A stretch of DNA of 64,000 bases from Nemertoderma westbladi (lineage: Eukaryota > Animalia > Xenacoelomorpha): the NCBI GenBank assembly GCA_032718475.1, contig JAUCBJ010003349.1, positions 1 through 64,000 on the forward strand, read 5' to 3'. The position numbers were made by a program, and so were the translations under genes. The notes under the pieces are model-generated. The model searched no databases, was not told where the DNA came from, and saw only the letters and a program-made list of their open reading frames with translations. This document shows positions 48,145-60,400 of this stretch, in pieces. Position 1 is the stretch's first letter. Each line of letters opens with the position of its first letter.

Positions 48145-51087
48145 ATGCAAACCATGGATTCACCATACCCCTGGCTAGAGGAATTTGATGGACGTGGTGT
48201 TCATGCTGCCCATATTAACATCCAAAGTCTAAAGCCCAAAATCCCCGAATTGAGAATAATCATGAACTCTTGTCGGATACACGTGCTAATGGTCACCGAA
48301 ACATGGCTGGATGCTTCTGTGCCAGATGAGGAAGTAACGATTTCCGGCTACAAAATCTACAGGCATGACAGACATAGAAATGGAGTCTCTTTACCCTGGG
48401 GTGGAGTCGCAATATATGTAGAAAATAATTTATCTTTTGTAAAGGAATTCACTCATCCCTATTCCGAAATATTATTTGGTAACCTCTTCCTACCATACAC
48501 CAAACCAATTCTGTTAGAGGTTATTTATCGACCTCAATATGACAACGACATATCCATAGAGTGACATATCCCAATATAAGGAAGTATATATACTCGGTGA
48601 TACAAATACAGATATCCTACTACCTAAGCAGAATACAAATGCATCTTCAACAGACATCAACAAACTAACTAACTTTTGTAATTCTGTTGGCTTAAAACAA
48701 ATTATAAATGAACCTACACGTGTAACGGAAAACAGCAGCACCTGTATCGACCATGTATTTGTCGGAGCAACTCCAATGGTCAAAAGGAGTGGAGTTATTA
48801 AGACATGTTTGAGTGACCATTATATGGTATTTTTAACAAGGAAAAAGGAGAGATTGACATTGAATCGTCATACAACTATAAACTGCCGAAACTATTCAAG
48901 ATATTCAAAAGAAGCACTATTACAAATGATTAAGTCAAACGCAGTCATCCAGCAAATCTCCCAACAGTCACAAATCGAGATTGCAGCACAGCAACTCAGT
49001 GAGGAGTTAAAATCCATAATTGACACACTCGCACCCATGCGTACCAGACGAATAAAGGTTAGATCTGAAAAATGGATAGATGGTGAAATATTGACTGCAA
49101 TAACACTACGTAACAAAGCATTCAAACGATACTCCAGTAGTAGGTCATCATCACATGATCATTCCGAATACAAGCATCTTCGAAATGAAGTAACGACACT
49201 TATTCGTCAGAAGAAATCCGATTACATCAAAGAGCAGATAGAGTCAAATAAAGACAACACAAAAGCGCTTGGGAAGATCTTTAAAGTCGCTTGGTGTTCC
49301 ATCCAAAAAGCAATCCACTACACCTTCAGGATTATTGATCGAGGGGGAGATTTCGCAAGATACAGATATAATATGCAATCATTTCAATGACTATTTCTCA
49401 AGCATTGCTGAAAAACTTGTGGATAAACTACCTCCACCAACAGGCGAATATGGATACATACCTACATCCAAGTACTATGAAGGATTAGGGATACATCAGA
49501 ACAGCTTTTCTTTTCACACAACTAGTATATCAGCCATTTTCGATATATTACGCAGTCTGGATATAGGGATAAGTACAGGACCTGACGGTATACCTGCCAA
49601 AATTGTTAGAGATGGTGCTGACCTTATTGCACAACCCCTAACTCACATAGCCAACATATCTATCGGAAATGGAATATTTCCTTCGGTGTATAAATATGCC
49701 AAGGTGGTACCAATTTTCAAAAAAGGTTCTCACACTGCTGTAGAAAATTATAGACCTGTGTCCCTTTTACCGATTCTTTCCAAAGTTCTAGAACGTATTG
49801 TACACGATCAATTAACATTATATTTTAACAGCAACAACATTATAAATAAATATCAATCGGGATTTAGAGCTGGCTACTCTACAAATACTAGTCTAATGTT
49901 TGTTGACAACTTCATCATTGATGCTATGGATAATGGATGTTTAACTGGAATGGTGTTAATTGACTTCAGCAAAGCCTTCGACACAATCAATCATTCTCTC
50001 CTAATCCAGAAGTTTAAACTGTTGGGTTTCTCTGATCTAGCTACACAATGGTTGACTTCATATATATCTGGGCGGAAACAATTTGTCTGTCTTAATGGTA
50101 CGTCCTCAAAACCATTGAATGTCAACCACGGTTTTCCCCAGGGGTCTATCTTGGGTCCTGATCTCTACACAGGAAATACTAATGATTATCCCCAATCTAT
50201 CAATGTTATGGCTCCAATTTTTGCAGACGATACAAATCTTATTTTTTCTGCTCCAGATGCTGAATCAATATCACAATCATTATCCGAGAATATGGAACAA
50301 ACATTCAGTTGGTGTGTGGAAAATCGACTGAGCATAAACCTCAAGAAAACTAAAGTAATTTGTTTTGGAACCCATCAGCGGCTTGCGAGAGGGTCGGAAC
50401 TCAGAGTAACGTGCAATGGGACGGTTCTTCCCCAGGAAAATGTAGTAACGTACCTGGGCTCTGAACTCGATGAAACACTCTCCGGTGACAGTATGGTAAC
50501 TGCAATAATAAAAAAAGGAAACAGCCGACTGAAATTCCTTCACCGTCAAGGGGCTGTCCTCAATCCCCACACTCGGCGCATTCTATGTATGGCTCTCATA
50601 CAGCCACATATGGATTACGCAGCAAGTTGCTGGTTCTTCTCGATTGCGCACCGTAAGCGGGTCCAACTTGAGTCCCTCCAACGTAAATGCGTTCGTTACT
50701 GCCTCGGTTTGGGTCCACGGACTCATATCGGTGCAAGCAGAATTTGCTACATTGAACTGGCTTCCACTAAAAGAACGATGTGAGTCCGTTGTACTATCGC
50801 ACATGTACAAAATTTGCAATGGCAATGGGCCGTCATACTTGCGTGACCTCATCAATTTCTCGGGGGAGAGCGGGACAACGAATGTACGTATTGCCCACCG
50901 GAAGGCGATAATCCCAAACAAGAACATGAAACACGGACAACTCGCCATCTCATATATGGGCCCAACACTATGGAACGAGATCCCAGCCGCGATTACAAGA
51001 TCTGTAAATCTGGAAACATTCAAACATAAATTAAAAGATCATTATTTAGACAAAATGCGTGCCAAGGAAGTTTCTTTATACACCTAA
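48145..51087 (+). pseudogene. LINE ORF2 (APE endonuclease plus reverse transcriptase), with a stop and frameshifts
   Basis: Motifs HINIQSL, VTETWL, GGVAIYV, IYRP, LSDHYMV, GPDGIP, NYRPVSLLP, QSGFR, DFSKAFDTINH, PQGSILGP, FADDT and TYLG. Confidence 0.92.
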
Positions 51088-51724
51088 TTGAGTCCCTTAA
51101 ATATACTATTTTAATCGGTCACAACTACCACAACCATCATTTGTTTTTATTTAATAACTACATTTAATTAATTTATCAACTCTAATTAAAAATTTGCAAC
51201 CCTAACCTAAGACACTAGTCTGACAGAAATTACCCATCCAAACTTCCAATCTACTGTTAATCACAATGAATATTTTTATAATTAATTTGCGTCCAAACAT
51301 TTACATTTTACTTTTAACCTCGGAGTCATCTCATTAATATTTTTAAAAACATTTTTACTAATCTTAACTTAATCCATTTTTATCAATTAATATTTTTAAC
51401 CAACGCTATTTTAAATGCATTTTTACCAATGTACCTTATTACTTTTAGTTAGAGGATCCACATGAAAATGAGACTCAGTCTCTTGTGGCTATCCTCGGCC
51501 GCCAAATAGTACATAAATTATAGATTGCACTACCTGTATAGTTTAATGTGTAATTCTTGTGTAAATAATAATAATAATAATAATAAAATAAATTTGTATA
51601 GCGCCAAATTTACAATAAATGTATAAATATCGTACAGTAGGCCTACTAATTTGGTGACTGTTATTTTAATCTGTTTTTTTAGTGTTGTTCTTGTTGTATA
51701 TAACATATATTTGTATTTTATCTA

Positions 51725-52230
51725 TCATTTGGCGCCAATAAACAAGTTCAAACAATCAAGTTCAATCCAGAGCGCGGCGCCGCACAGGCGCAGAAAATTG
51801 ATAGCGGGGCTCACTGCTACACTGGCTCAGACTTCCACTACAGCACTAAGTCAGTAAGTAAGTACTGAGGTACTGAGGTAGGCCTACCCCTGGCCTGCTG
51901 GCAGTTTGCCGACTACCGGTAACAGGGTAATGACATACAGATAAGACTGTAAGAGATAGGCCTAATAACTGAATAAACCCTCCTACTTCAGTACTTGGTG
52001 TGCTTCGGCTTCGGCCAGTAGGCAGGCAGGTAGGTCAGGTGGTAGGAGATTTCGCGCAGTATGCAGTATTCCTGCTGTGCGCGCCAATCTCGCGCAGAAT
52101 TTCTGCTCTGCGCGCCAATCTCGCGCAGTGTTTCTGCTGCGCACGCGGATTTTGCACTGTTTTCGACTGCGCAGGCGCACATTTTTTCCTGCGCCACGTC
52201 GCGTTCGGCGCACAAAAAAATCACTCAACA
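51725..52230. promoter_or_regulatory. CpG-rich patch with repeated E2F-like (GCGCCAA, TTTCGCGC) and TCTCGCG motifs upstream of the PIAS-like gene
   Basis: TTGGCGCCAA (~51729), TTTCGCGC (~52050) and two copies of GCGCGCCAATCTCGCGCAG (52079-52128). Function is inferred only. Confidence 0.3.
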
Positions 52231-53768
52231 GAAGGGCGTGTAGGCCTATCTTACTGTCTTATCTACTGATCTAGGCCTACTGTAATTTCTCCCATTGTTC
52301 ATTCTTGTATAGGCCTATATTATTTACTTAACCCTCCCCCGGTAACGGGTGTAAAATAATACCCCAAGGGGATAAATTTTGATATTTTTCGACAATCTCT
52401 CATATTACAGTATTATGTATGTCCGTTCACAGCTTCATAGTACAGTCAGACAGTAGTAGCCTATCTTCCAAAAAAACGTGTAATCTACCGATTGTGTGGG
52501 CCAAAGCTATAAAATTTTGTTTATGAAAAATGTTATGCCCCTTAATTTGAAAACAACTTACAGACTTAGTTAGGTAAGATGGGGTATAAAAATACCCCAT
52601 TTGTTGCTGTATTGAATAACGTTATGGTGCTCGTTTAGTGGTGCTTTTTGTGGCTCATTTTGGTTTCATTGGAACAACAATCAGACAATGGTCGATTTAG
52701 TTGTAGGCCTACTAGAGGGAGAGGCATGTTTTAACTTTGACTTTTAAGACCAAATTATCAGTATTATGAAGCTACCGGTACTGTATTGTGTTTCTGTAGG
52801 CCTATGGCCTGTATTTCTCAAGCCAAGACTTCGGCCTAATCGCGATGCGATAGATTGCTAAGTATATGTGAAAAACTCTTATTGCTGTATTGTTGGCTTT
52901 CTTAGTCAGTTAGTGGTGTTCTGGTCTTTTGGGTCTCATTTTGGGTTCATTGTAACTGCAATACCGGTACCGTATACTGGTATATAATTTAGTTGGACAA
53001 TAATCACATTTTATGATCAAATCATCAGTACATGGTCAGTCGTAAATCAGCAGTCATGGCAGCATGGTGTATATTTCATATTAGAATTCAAGATCTTGTT
53101 CTATTGCGAGGTGATATATCTGTATAGTATATATATATCACCTTGTGCCTTGTTGACTTTCTAGTGGTGTTATTTGATTCATTTTATGCTTATTGGAACT
53201 GCAATGCTCTAATTAGACCCATAACACCAGTTAAAAACCTACAATGAGAAACACTCTCACAGCGAATGCTTCGCTATGATAGTATCTTGTTGCAAAATGC
53301 CCCATCGCGACGTTAACGATGATCGCGATTGTAGAGGGATGACTTTGGTGGCATTAAGCGTCGGGTAGACTTCAACCAAATTGAAAAAAAATTTCACAAC
53401 TTAGCCTATTTTTTCACCATTTGGCAAATTATGGGAGGGGGATTGCAAGTGTTTTTTTGTTTAATGTTACTTAAATGTCGTAATTAACGATAAATGACGG
53501 AAATGACGATAAAATTCATATTAATACCGGTAGGCCCTACCGGTATTCGTTTTTAAACTTTCTTTGTTGGTGGTTGGTGCACGTTTTATGCGATAGGACA
53601 GTAGGATCATGTTTTTTGGTTGGCGTAAATTTGTGTCGCTTGGTGCAAATTATTTTACGCACGGCGCACATCCGGCGTGCAAAACAGCCTGGTACGTAGT
53701 TCAGTAGTTTGTGAAAAGCTGTAAAGTAGGCCTACCTACCCTACACCGCTACACCTATACGATGCGAT

Positions 53769-55685
53769 ATGGTATTAACGAGAGCGCAGCGTCAACAACG
53801 TTCTACATTACAACTCGAGCATTTGTCGGACGATGAATTTAAAGAACTATTAATCTCGAAATCGATAAATGATAAAGAAAAGCGTACCAGTAAATCATCT
53901 CGTGGAGTAAAATTGTCTAAAAAAAGTAAAAGCATGTCAGTGACAGCAAACGATACTTGTGCAACGGAAGTTAACCACAACATTGAAGTCCCTTTAGTAA
54001 ATATACCGGTAGCATCCCATTCGACCCCGCTTCAAATTGAACAAATTTCTTATGTTATTGGTAGTGGAACTGGTGGTGGTTCCGTATCTATTCCCATTTC
54101 AACGGAACTTAGATTTTCTAACGCAATAGCCAGTAGACCAAGACCATCCACACCATGTCAGAACGTAATAGAAGCCACAGCTATTCTACCGTTGAGTCCT
54201 CTTGTTATAACCTTATCAGATTCGCCAGCGTCATCTAATCCTGCACTTGTTCTGACATCTGTTACTACATCAATCAATTCACCTGCAAGTTATATGGGTG
54301 TATCTAACTCTAACATGCCTAATAATTCACCTACCGGCAACGGACTTAGTAGGCCTTCGCCATCAAATAGCAATAGGCATATTCGTCCACCAAATACAGA
54401 ACAACCACATGAATTGAGCATTACCGGTACCAACGGAACATCCGACCGAACATCACAATCGCGTTCGTTATGGGATCAACTTAGCATTAGGTTCTTAAGC
54501 AACCTTTTATTTAGCAGCTCTAATGAACATACTGTTGTCGGTAGGCCTGCCTCTAATAGTCTTCCACATAGTTCTACATTAATTAACAGTTCTACCATTC
54601 TACAACCACATACTCTAACAACAACATCGATCAATTCAAATGTAGGCCTACCTCTTGGTTCAACTTCTACGACATCAAATATTACTTCTACTATACCGGT
54701 AGCAACGGTAGCACATACTTCTACCATACCAGTAGCGACGGTAGCGCATACTTCTACTATACCAAATACCACTATTTCTGCAACATCAACATGTTCTTCT
54801 ACTGAACCACCAGCACATACTTTCCCTTCAACGGTGATTCCTTCCTCGATGAACTCCGACCTGCCAATTCAGACCCGTAATACCTCCTCGCCCTTATTCA
54901 CTTCCAGCTTTGTGGATGAGTTGTTTCTCCCATTTTATTCTGTCATTGACACTTTGTTGAAACCTTACACAGTTTTCGGATCCAACATTGGGAACCATCA
55001 ATCTATTTTGAAGTTCTCGTTAAGCCAAAACCAGTGCAATGCGATAAACTTAACTACCGGTAACTCACAACTTCGCCACAAAATAATTTTGTGTTTCACT
55101 TGTTTGAATAGTGACGGTAATCCCGTCATAGACTATCCTTGTTTCGTTAACGTCATGTGCAACTCGAAGTTCGTTTTTATCGAGAAGCGATGTATGCGAC
55201 CCATAGATATTACACTAACCTCCATTACTCGCTACCCTTCACGTAACTCGGTTGCTGTTAAGTGGATACGGACTCCAGCTAATATTGGTAAAGCATGGCG
55301 GGCCGCTGTTTACTTAGTGAAGGAAGATTCAGTGGAGAATATATTTAACGAGATTTCAAATAAAAAGACCCTAGATTTTGGATACACTAAGCGAGTGATA
55401 GAGAGCTGCTTAAAGTCGACGTTAAACGATAGTTTGGATTTAGTCGGAAGCGACGCGACTGTATCTCTTGTCTGTCCGTTGAGTACCGTGCGAATGGAGA
55501 CGCCAGCTAGGTCGATGTCCTGCGACCACATACAGTGTTTCGATCTGGAGTCCTACCTGGAGGTCCATAGACGGACCCCGAGATGGACCTGTCCTGTCTG
55601 CAGTCGTCTGGCCTACCCCAAGGACCTCGCTGTGGATCGCTTCTTCCAGGATATTCTATCCCAGACGGACTCCGACGAGAAACAG
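53769..55685 (+). CDS. PIAS: PIAS/Siz-family SUMO E3 ligase-like protein, exon 1 (Ser/Thr-rich N-terminus, PINIT domain, SP-RING/MIZ finger)
   Basis: Motifs LPFYSVIDTLLKP, RPIDIT (PINIT), AVYLVK and VSLVCPLSTVRMETPARSMSCDHIQCFDLESYL…WTCPVC…DLAVDRFFQDIL. Phase-0 donor CAG|GTGCGT at 55686. Confidence 0.88.
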
Positions 55686-56335
55686 GTGCGTTCGTTTCGA
55701 AACTGGAGTCGATGCGTCTCATGACACAAGACTGAGTCAAATGTGACTCCGACATAAAAAAAATCTGTTTGTAAAATTTTTTGCCATTTTTACTCGAAGG
55801 AGAAGATACAGGAGACAGGGGACGGACCCTCCTGAATTTTTTTTGTCATTTGGTCGTGATTTGTTGTTTGTTGTGATTTTGAAATCAGCAGTCAGAAGGG
55901 TCCCCTGTATCTAACCAGTGCGCAGTTGTTGGGATGGGGGGGGGGGGGGGGCTTGACGCAAATCCCATTTCTGCGAAAAACTATAAGTCAATAGAGCAGA
56001 TTATAGCTATCTGTTCCGCAATCTCTTGACCAATTAATCAAGGTGTCATATAAAGTGATTTAAATGTCGTGAATTAAGATAATAACTATTGTTTTACTTC
56101 ATTTACTCGACCTACATTTATTATATCCAATGTGAAATTTTAATCATTATAGTTAGACTTTCTTCTTGAAATTGTATCCAAATGATTTATACAGGTAGAC
56201 GCTGGTTTTATATTAACCTGTTATGTTGTGACTTTACACTTACGGTTTTGCTTCCCTACTGACTCGTATCTCGTTGCATTCAGTAACAATAAATTAATAA
56301 ACTCAACCTTTACGGCTTCTGTTGCTTCTTTGTAG

Positions 56336-56662
56336 GTGAAAATCAATTACGATGGTTCGTGGTCTACCAAATCTAAAGGAGCGATCCGAGAACTTTGTGA
56401 GACAGACAGACTCATAGAGAAATCCGTCGATGATACCATCATAGTACTCGATTCCTCCAACGATGAGGACGCCTTACAGGATATCGAAAATAGTGGAACC
56501 AATAATGACGTCATAAGCTCGAAGGGGGTTGGAAGTGGTGACGTCACGAAAAAACGTCGTCATTCATCAATTAATGTTGGAGGCGCATCTAACGAGAGCC
56601 GCAATGTGAGACCGTTAGTTCCCCTTCATTATATAACATGTAATGTAACAAACAATAAGTAA
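56336..56662 (+). CDS. PIAS: PIAS-like exon 2 (DGSW motif plus SIM-like IIVLDSSNDED); may splice further before the stop at 56662
   Basis: Pyrimidine tract plus TTTGTAG acceptor at 56335. The in-frame join SDEKQ|VKINYDGSW restores the conserved post-RING DGSW motif. Confidence 0.8.
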   Translation: MKINYDGSWSTKSKGAIRELCETDRLIEKSVDDTIIVLDSSNDEDALQDIENSGTNNDVISSKGVGSGDVTKKRRHSSINVGGASNESRNVRPLVPLHYITCNVTNNK

Positions 56663-57450
56663 TTTTATTTAGTATAGGAACTAATCGAATCTCCAATAAA
56701 TATTTTGTTTGATGACATTTTGTTCTTAAAATTGCCTTTTTATCCGAATTATATTATTGAATTGTATAAGTTTTTCGGGTATAAATAATTAATTAATTGC
56801 ACTAAATATAAAAACCGGTGGAGAACTCGTTGAGCGTACCAAATGTACAAATATAATTACCTAGGATTAAAAGTTAAGTAATATTAATTTAATTGTATTT
56901 ATTGCCTAGTGATACTTATATGAAGAAAAAAAAACAAAAGGGCAATTTATTGCAAACGCAAATTCCGGTATATCCTGGGCTGCTGCATGGTTTGTCTGGA
57001 ATGCCGCCCAAAAATTTTTCTAAATGAGCTTTTTTGAAAGTGTCGAGGGAACAATCAGACATTGCGTAAGAATTGAGGTAAAACGTTGGATAATTGCGGT
57101 CCGACAACACCAATACTGTTCTCCGTTAGAGTCCCCCGCCCCCATAGGGGGGGGGGGGGGGGGGGGTAAGGGGGCTCATTAAAATTCCTGAATTAATCCC
57201 CCTCCGGGGGAAAATCGTAGCTAATAACATCTGATATTAAACTTGCAAATATTAAACTGTAACTGCACCGATAGCCAGTTCTATTGATTTTCGTTTATTG
57301 TTTTGGTTAGGATAGATCGTGCCACTATAACTAAACATAAAATTTAAATTGTTAATTAGGGTGGTTCAAAAAAATAGAAACTCCTATGCGCTACACCTAT
57401 GCTGTGATTCATTTTGGTCTGATTGGAACCGCAATTGGTCGATTTGGTAA

Positions 57451-60400
57451 TATCACATTTGAGGCACAGTGGTAAGAAATTTTTTTATCGATGCCCATGG
57501 CGAACCACTTATACTTTTTTTTCAAACTTTGAAGATTCCGCTATGCCCATGGCGAACCACTTATACATTTTTCAAAAGTTTGTTGATTCAGCTACGTCCA
57601 TAGCAAACCACTCCTTTTCAGAGTTTGTTGATTCCTCTATGCCCTTATTAAGAAACCTAATTATTTGAAAGTTTATTTATTAACGTTTTATTTATTTATT
57701 AATAGTAGTAATAATAACAATACTTGATTAGCATACATTACAGTGTAATATTGCATATAATTACCTAATTAACTAAAACTGCTAATTAGCTCATTAACTA
57801 TGTATTAATAAATGGCACAAACTGCAAATTGATTTATTAGATGCCACAAATTACGTAGGTTTTTCCGGTACAACCTCGGGCATCTATGAACAGTCGTAAA
57901 TTGGTTCCTGAAATAATAAAGTTAAGAATTTATTATTTCAAAATAATAAAATAGATTATATATATATATATATATAGATATAAAATAGATTCGATTCAAA
58001 CAAATTAGCACAATATTTCAGAGAAAATGAAAAGAAAGTCTAAAATTTACTAAGGATTTCCTTTACTCAAATAGAATATAATAATAATATATCAAATAAA
58101 TTAATGCATCTGAATAATTATTTCTTTACAACCAAATCAAATGTAATTGTCAATATTTTATAAGTAATATAATTATTCAGATGCATTAATTTATTACGTG
58201 TATTATTAATGTGTACAAAATGCCACAATTCTTAAAAATATGCACTGTAATATAATAATTGCTTAATAATAATTTGAGGATGACTTAAAAAAACGCAGGC
58301 CTACTAAAAAATGATCGATTACGCTTCCGCATCTGGCAGTCTGGTGCTGTGCTGTGCATCTCCACATGAGTCAGTGAGTTGATGAACGTCAGGTAGACGT
58401 AGAGAACGAGACGTCCTCGAAGATAACTTATGAGTTGATGAGCGTCAGGTAGACGTAGAGAACGAGACGTCCTCGAAGATAACTTATGAGTTGATGAGCG
58501 TCAGGTAGACGCAGAGAACGAGACGTCCTCGAAGATAACTTATGAGTTGATGAGCGTCAGGTAGACGCAGAGAACGAGACGTCCTCGAAGATAACTTATG
58601 AGTTGATGAGCGTCAGGTAGACGTAGAGAACGAGACGTCCTCGAAGATAACTTATGAGTTGATGAGCGTCAGGTAGACGTAGAGAACGAGACGTCCTCGA
58701 AGATAACTTATGAGTTGATGAGCGTCAGGTAGACGCAGAGAACGAGACGTCCTCGAAGATAACTTATGAGTTGATGAGCGTCAGGTAGACGTAGAGAACG
58801 AGACGTCCTCGAAGATAACTTATGAGTTGATGAGCGTCAGGTAGACGTAGAGAACGAGACGTCCTCGAAGATAACTTATGAGTTGATGAGCGTCAGGTAG
58901 ACGTAGAGAACGAGACGTCCTCGAAGATAACTTATGAGTTGATGAGCGTCAGGTAGACGTAGAGAACGAGACGTCCTCGAAGATAACTTATGAGTTGATG
59001 AGCGTCAGGTAGACGTAGAGAACGAGACGTCCTCGAAGATAACTTATGAGTTGATGAGCGTCAGGTAGACGTAGAGAACGAGACGTCCTCGAAGATAACT
59101 TATGAGTTGATGAGCGTCAGGTAGACGTAGAGAACGAGACGTCCTCGAAGATAACTTATGAGTTGATGAGCGTCAGGTAGACGTAGAGAACGAGACGTCC
59201 TCGAAGATAACTTATGAGTTGATGAGCGTCAGGTAGACGTAGAGAACGAGACGTCCTCGAAGATAACTTATGAGTTGATGAGCGTCAGGTAGACGTAGAG
59301 AACGAGACGTCCTCGAAGATAACTTATGAGTTGATGAGCGTCAGGTAGACGTAGAGAACGAGACGTCCTCGAAGATAACTTATGAGTTGATGAGCGTCAG
59401 GTAGACGTAGAGAACGAGACGTCCTCGAAGATAACTTATGAGTTGATGAGCGTCAGGTAGACGTAGAGAACGAGACGTCCTCGAAGATAACTTATGAGTT
59501 GATGAGCGTCAGGTAGACGTAGAGAACGAGACGTCCTCGAAGATAACTTATGAGTTGATGAGCGTCAGGTAGACGTAGAGAACGAGACGTCCTCGAAGAT
59601 AACTTATGAGTTGATGAGCGTCAGGTAGACGTAGAGAACGAGACGTCCTCGAAGATAACTTATGAGTTGATGAGCGTCAGGTAGACGTAGAGAACGAGAC
59701 GTCCTCGAAGATAACTTATGAGTTGATGAGCGTCAGGTAGACGTAGAGAACGAGACGTCCTCGAAGATAACTTATGAGTTGATGAGCGTCAGGTAGACGT
59801 AGAGAACGAGACGTCCTCGAAGATAACTTATGAGTTGATGAGCGTCAGGTAGACGTAGAGAACGAGACGTCCTCGAAGATAACTTATGAGTTGATGAGCG
59901 TCAGGTAGACGTAGAGAACGAGACGTCCTCGAAGATAACTTATGAGTTGATGAGCGTCAGGTAGACGTAGAGAACGAGACGTCCTCGAAGATAACTTATG
60001 AGTTGATGAGCGTCAGGTAGACGTAGAGAACGAGACGTCCTCGAAGATAACTTATGAGTTGATGAGCGTCAGGTAGACGTAGAGAACGAGACGTCCTCGA
60101 AGATAACTTATGAGTTGATGAGCGTCAGGTAGACGTAGAGAACGAGACGTCCTCGAAGATAACTTATGAGTTGATGAGCGTCAGGTAGACGTAGAGAACG
60201 AGACGTCCTCGAAGATAACTTATGAGTTGATGAGCGTCAGGTAGACGTAGAGAACGAGACGTCCTCGAAGATAACTTATGAGTTGATGAGCGTCAGGTAG
60301 ACGTAGAGAACGAGACGTCCTCGAAGATAACTTATGAGTTGATGAGCGTCAGGTAGACGTAGAGAACGAGACGTCCTCGAAGATAACTTATGAGTTGATG

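Larger units (their letters stand above)
46670..51592 (+). mobile_element. Near full-length CR1/L2-group LINE (Crack-like) with ORF1, ORF2 and a (TAA)n tail
   Basis: Two-ORF layout, APE and RT motifs, a 3' stem-loop GAGGATCCACA…TGTGGCTATCCTC (~51450-51496) and (TAA)n at ~51564-51590. The 5' boundary is approximate and no TSD was found. Confidence 0.88.

Noticed and set aside
55686-55724. C-terminus VRSFRNWSRCVS of the 651-aa ORF
   Set aside because: This is intron read-through; splicing to 56336 restores the conserved DGSW motif.
57465-57495. CACAGTG as a RAG/Transib recombination signal heptamer
   Set aside because: It lies 14 bp inside a longer inverted repeat rather than at the terminus, has no nonamer at 12/23 spacing, and no Transib/RAG ORF is present.
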